Below, one piece after another: positions 17,085 through 17,738 of a DNA stretch of 17,738 nt. Source of the DNA: Gemmatimonadaceae bacterium (GTDB taxonomy: Bacteria; Gemmatimonadota; Gemmatimonadetes; Gemmatimonadales; Gemmatimonadaceae); the NCBI GenBank assembly GCA_040902005.1, contig JBBDYA010000101.1:1-17738 (forward strand), written 5' to 3'. Numbering within the stretch: the stretch's first letter is position 1; every line of letters starts with the position of its first letter. The translations under genes and the position numbers were made by a program. The notes below the pieces were generated by a model. That model saw nothing but the letters and a program-made list of their open reading frames with translations, had not been told where the DNA came from and ran no database searches.

Positions 17085-17124
17085 AAAGACACGAGCCGTC
17101 TCGCGGTGCAAGGCGGACGGCTCG
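17085..17124 (-). terminator. Terminator-like hairpin just upstream of the prfB ribosome-binding site
   Basis: Perfect 9-bp inverted repeat CGAGCCGTC (17092-17100) / GACGGCTCG (17116-17124), extendable by CGC/GCG. It is followed on the minus strand by TGTCTTT. Confidence 0.5.
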
Positions 17125-17160
17125 GCCGGTCATGATCGTAAGATAGCCGGGGGTTCCCGC

Positions 17161-17736
17161 CTACTCTACTCCGCTCTTGTTCCCCGAAAACATCGGCTGC
17201 CCGTTCGCCAGGATTTCGTTGAGGGCGTCGGTGAAGTGCGTGGTCGTTTCCGCGAATTCACGGCCGATCTGACCCACGAATTCCTCGTAGCTCTTCTTGA
17301 TCTCTTCCTGGAAGACCTGCCGGAGCGTGCCGTCGCGCAGCCCCTCTTCCTTCTTCTTGGGGAAGTAGGAGATGAGGTCCGAGATGAGAGCGCGCGCGAG
17401 CCGACGCGCCTTGGCGTTCGGATCGTTCGCCAGGAACGGATTGATGGGACGCCCGGTCGCCACCGGTTTCGCCGCCTGTGAAACCGGGGCCGGAGCAGGC
17501 GCCGCGGGCCGTGGCGGTGCGACCGGAGGAGCCGCCGGTGCTGCTGGAGCCGGACGGACCGGCGCGGCCACGGAAGGAACCGCAGCCGGGCGCGGCGACG
17601 CCGGTGGAACTGCTGACAGGGGGGGGGGTGGCGCCACGGGCCTGGGCGGCGCCGCTGGAGGCGCAAATGCCGGTGGCGCCGGGCGAGGCGGCATCGCAGG
17701 CGGACGCGGGGCCGGAGGCGCCAGAGTCGGGGGCGC
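17161..17736 (-). CDS. Partial protein (5' end outside the window): Pro/Ala-rich linker followed by a ~90-aa helical, possibly RomX-like C-terminal domain
   Basis: The frame stays open upstream of ATG 17694 to the window edge (APPTLAPPAPRPPAM...). The C-terminal domain INPFLANDPNAKARRLARALISDLISYFPKK...FTDALNEIL has globular composition and normal codon usage. It ends with TAG at 17163-17161. Confidence 0.75.
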   Translation of the reverse strand, partial: APPTLAPPAPRPPAMPPRPAPPAFAPPAAPPRPVAPPPPLSAVPPASPRPAAVPSVAAPVRPAPAAPAAPPVAPPRPAAPAPAPVSQAAKPVATGRPINPFLANDPNAKARRLARALISDLISYFPKKKEEGLRDGTLRQVFQEEIKKSYEEFVGQIGREFAETTTHFTDALNEILANGQPMFSGNKSGVE

Positions 17737-17738
17737 CG

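Noticed and set aside
45..17481. Many long plus-strand ORFs (for example 1623-2867, 3178-4290, 4206-5447, 6836-8506, 8641-9489, 16061-16762)
   Set aside because: They are antisense shadows of well-identified minus-strand genes. High GC content suppresses stop codons, and the translations show no recognisable motifs.
17446..17738. Repetitive GC-rich tract as a tandem repeat or CRISPR-like array
   Set aside because: It has no fixed repeat unit or spacers; it is low-complexity Pro/Ala coding sequence.

Overview
GC-rich bacterial window of housekeeping genes, all on the minus strand and tightly packed. Gene set and protein style suggest Gemmatimonadota (inference). In transcription order (right to left): a partial Pro/Ala-rich protein with a possible RomX-like C-terminal domain, prfB (programmed +1 frameshift), lysS, lolC/E, lolD, mcsA, mcsB, clpC, bamA, skp/ompH, lpxD, fused lpxC-fabZ, lpxA, a GnnA-like Gfo/Idh/MocA oxidoreductase and lpxB (runs off the left edge; missing from the ORF track). 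I saw no RNA genes, mobile elements or CRISPR arrays. The interesting signals are organisational and regulatory. A ctsR-less McsA-McsB-ClpC arginine-phosphorylation module sits inside an outer-membrane biogenesis operon. A HAIR-like palindrome lies in the mcsB 3' end upstream of clpC. A chain of UGA start/stop overlaps follows the frameshift-gated prfB. There is also a candidate leader uORF plus hairpin before prfB, an internal RBS in lpxC-fabZ, paired Cys substitutions in BamA, and gnnA without an adjacent gnnB. None is proven novel from sequence alone.
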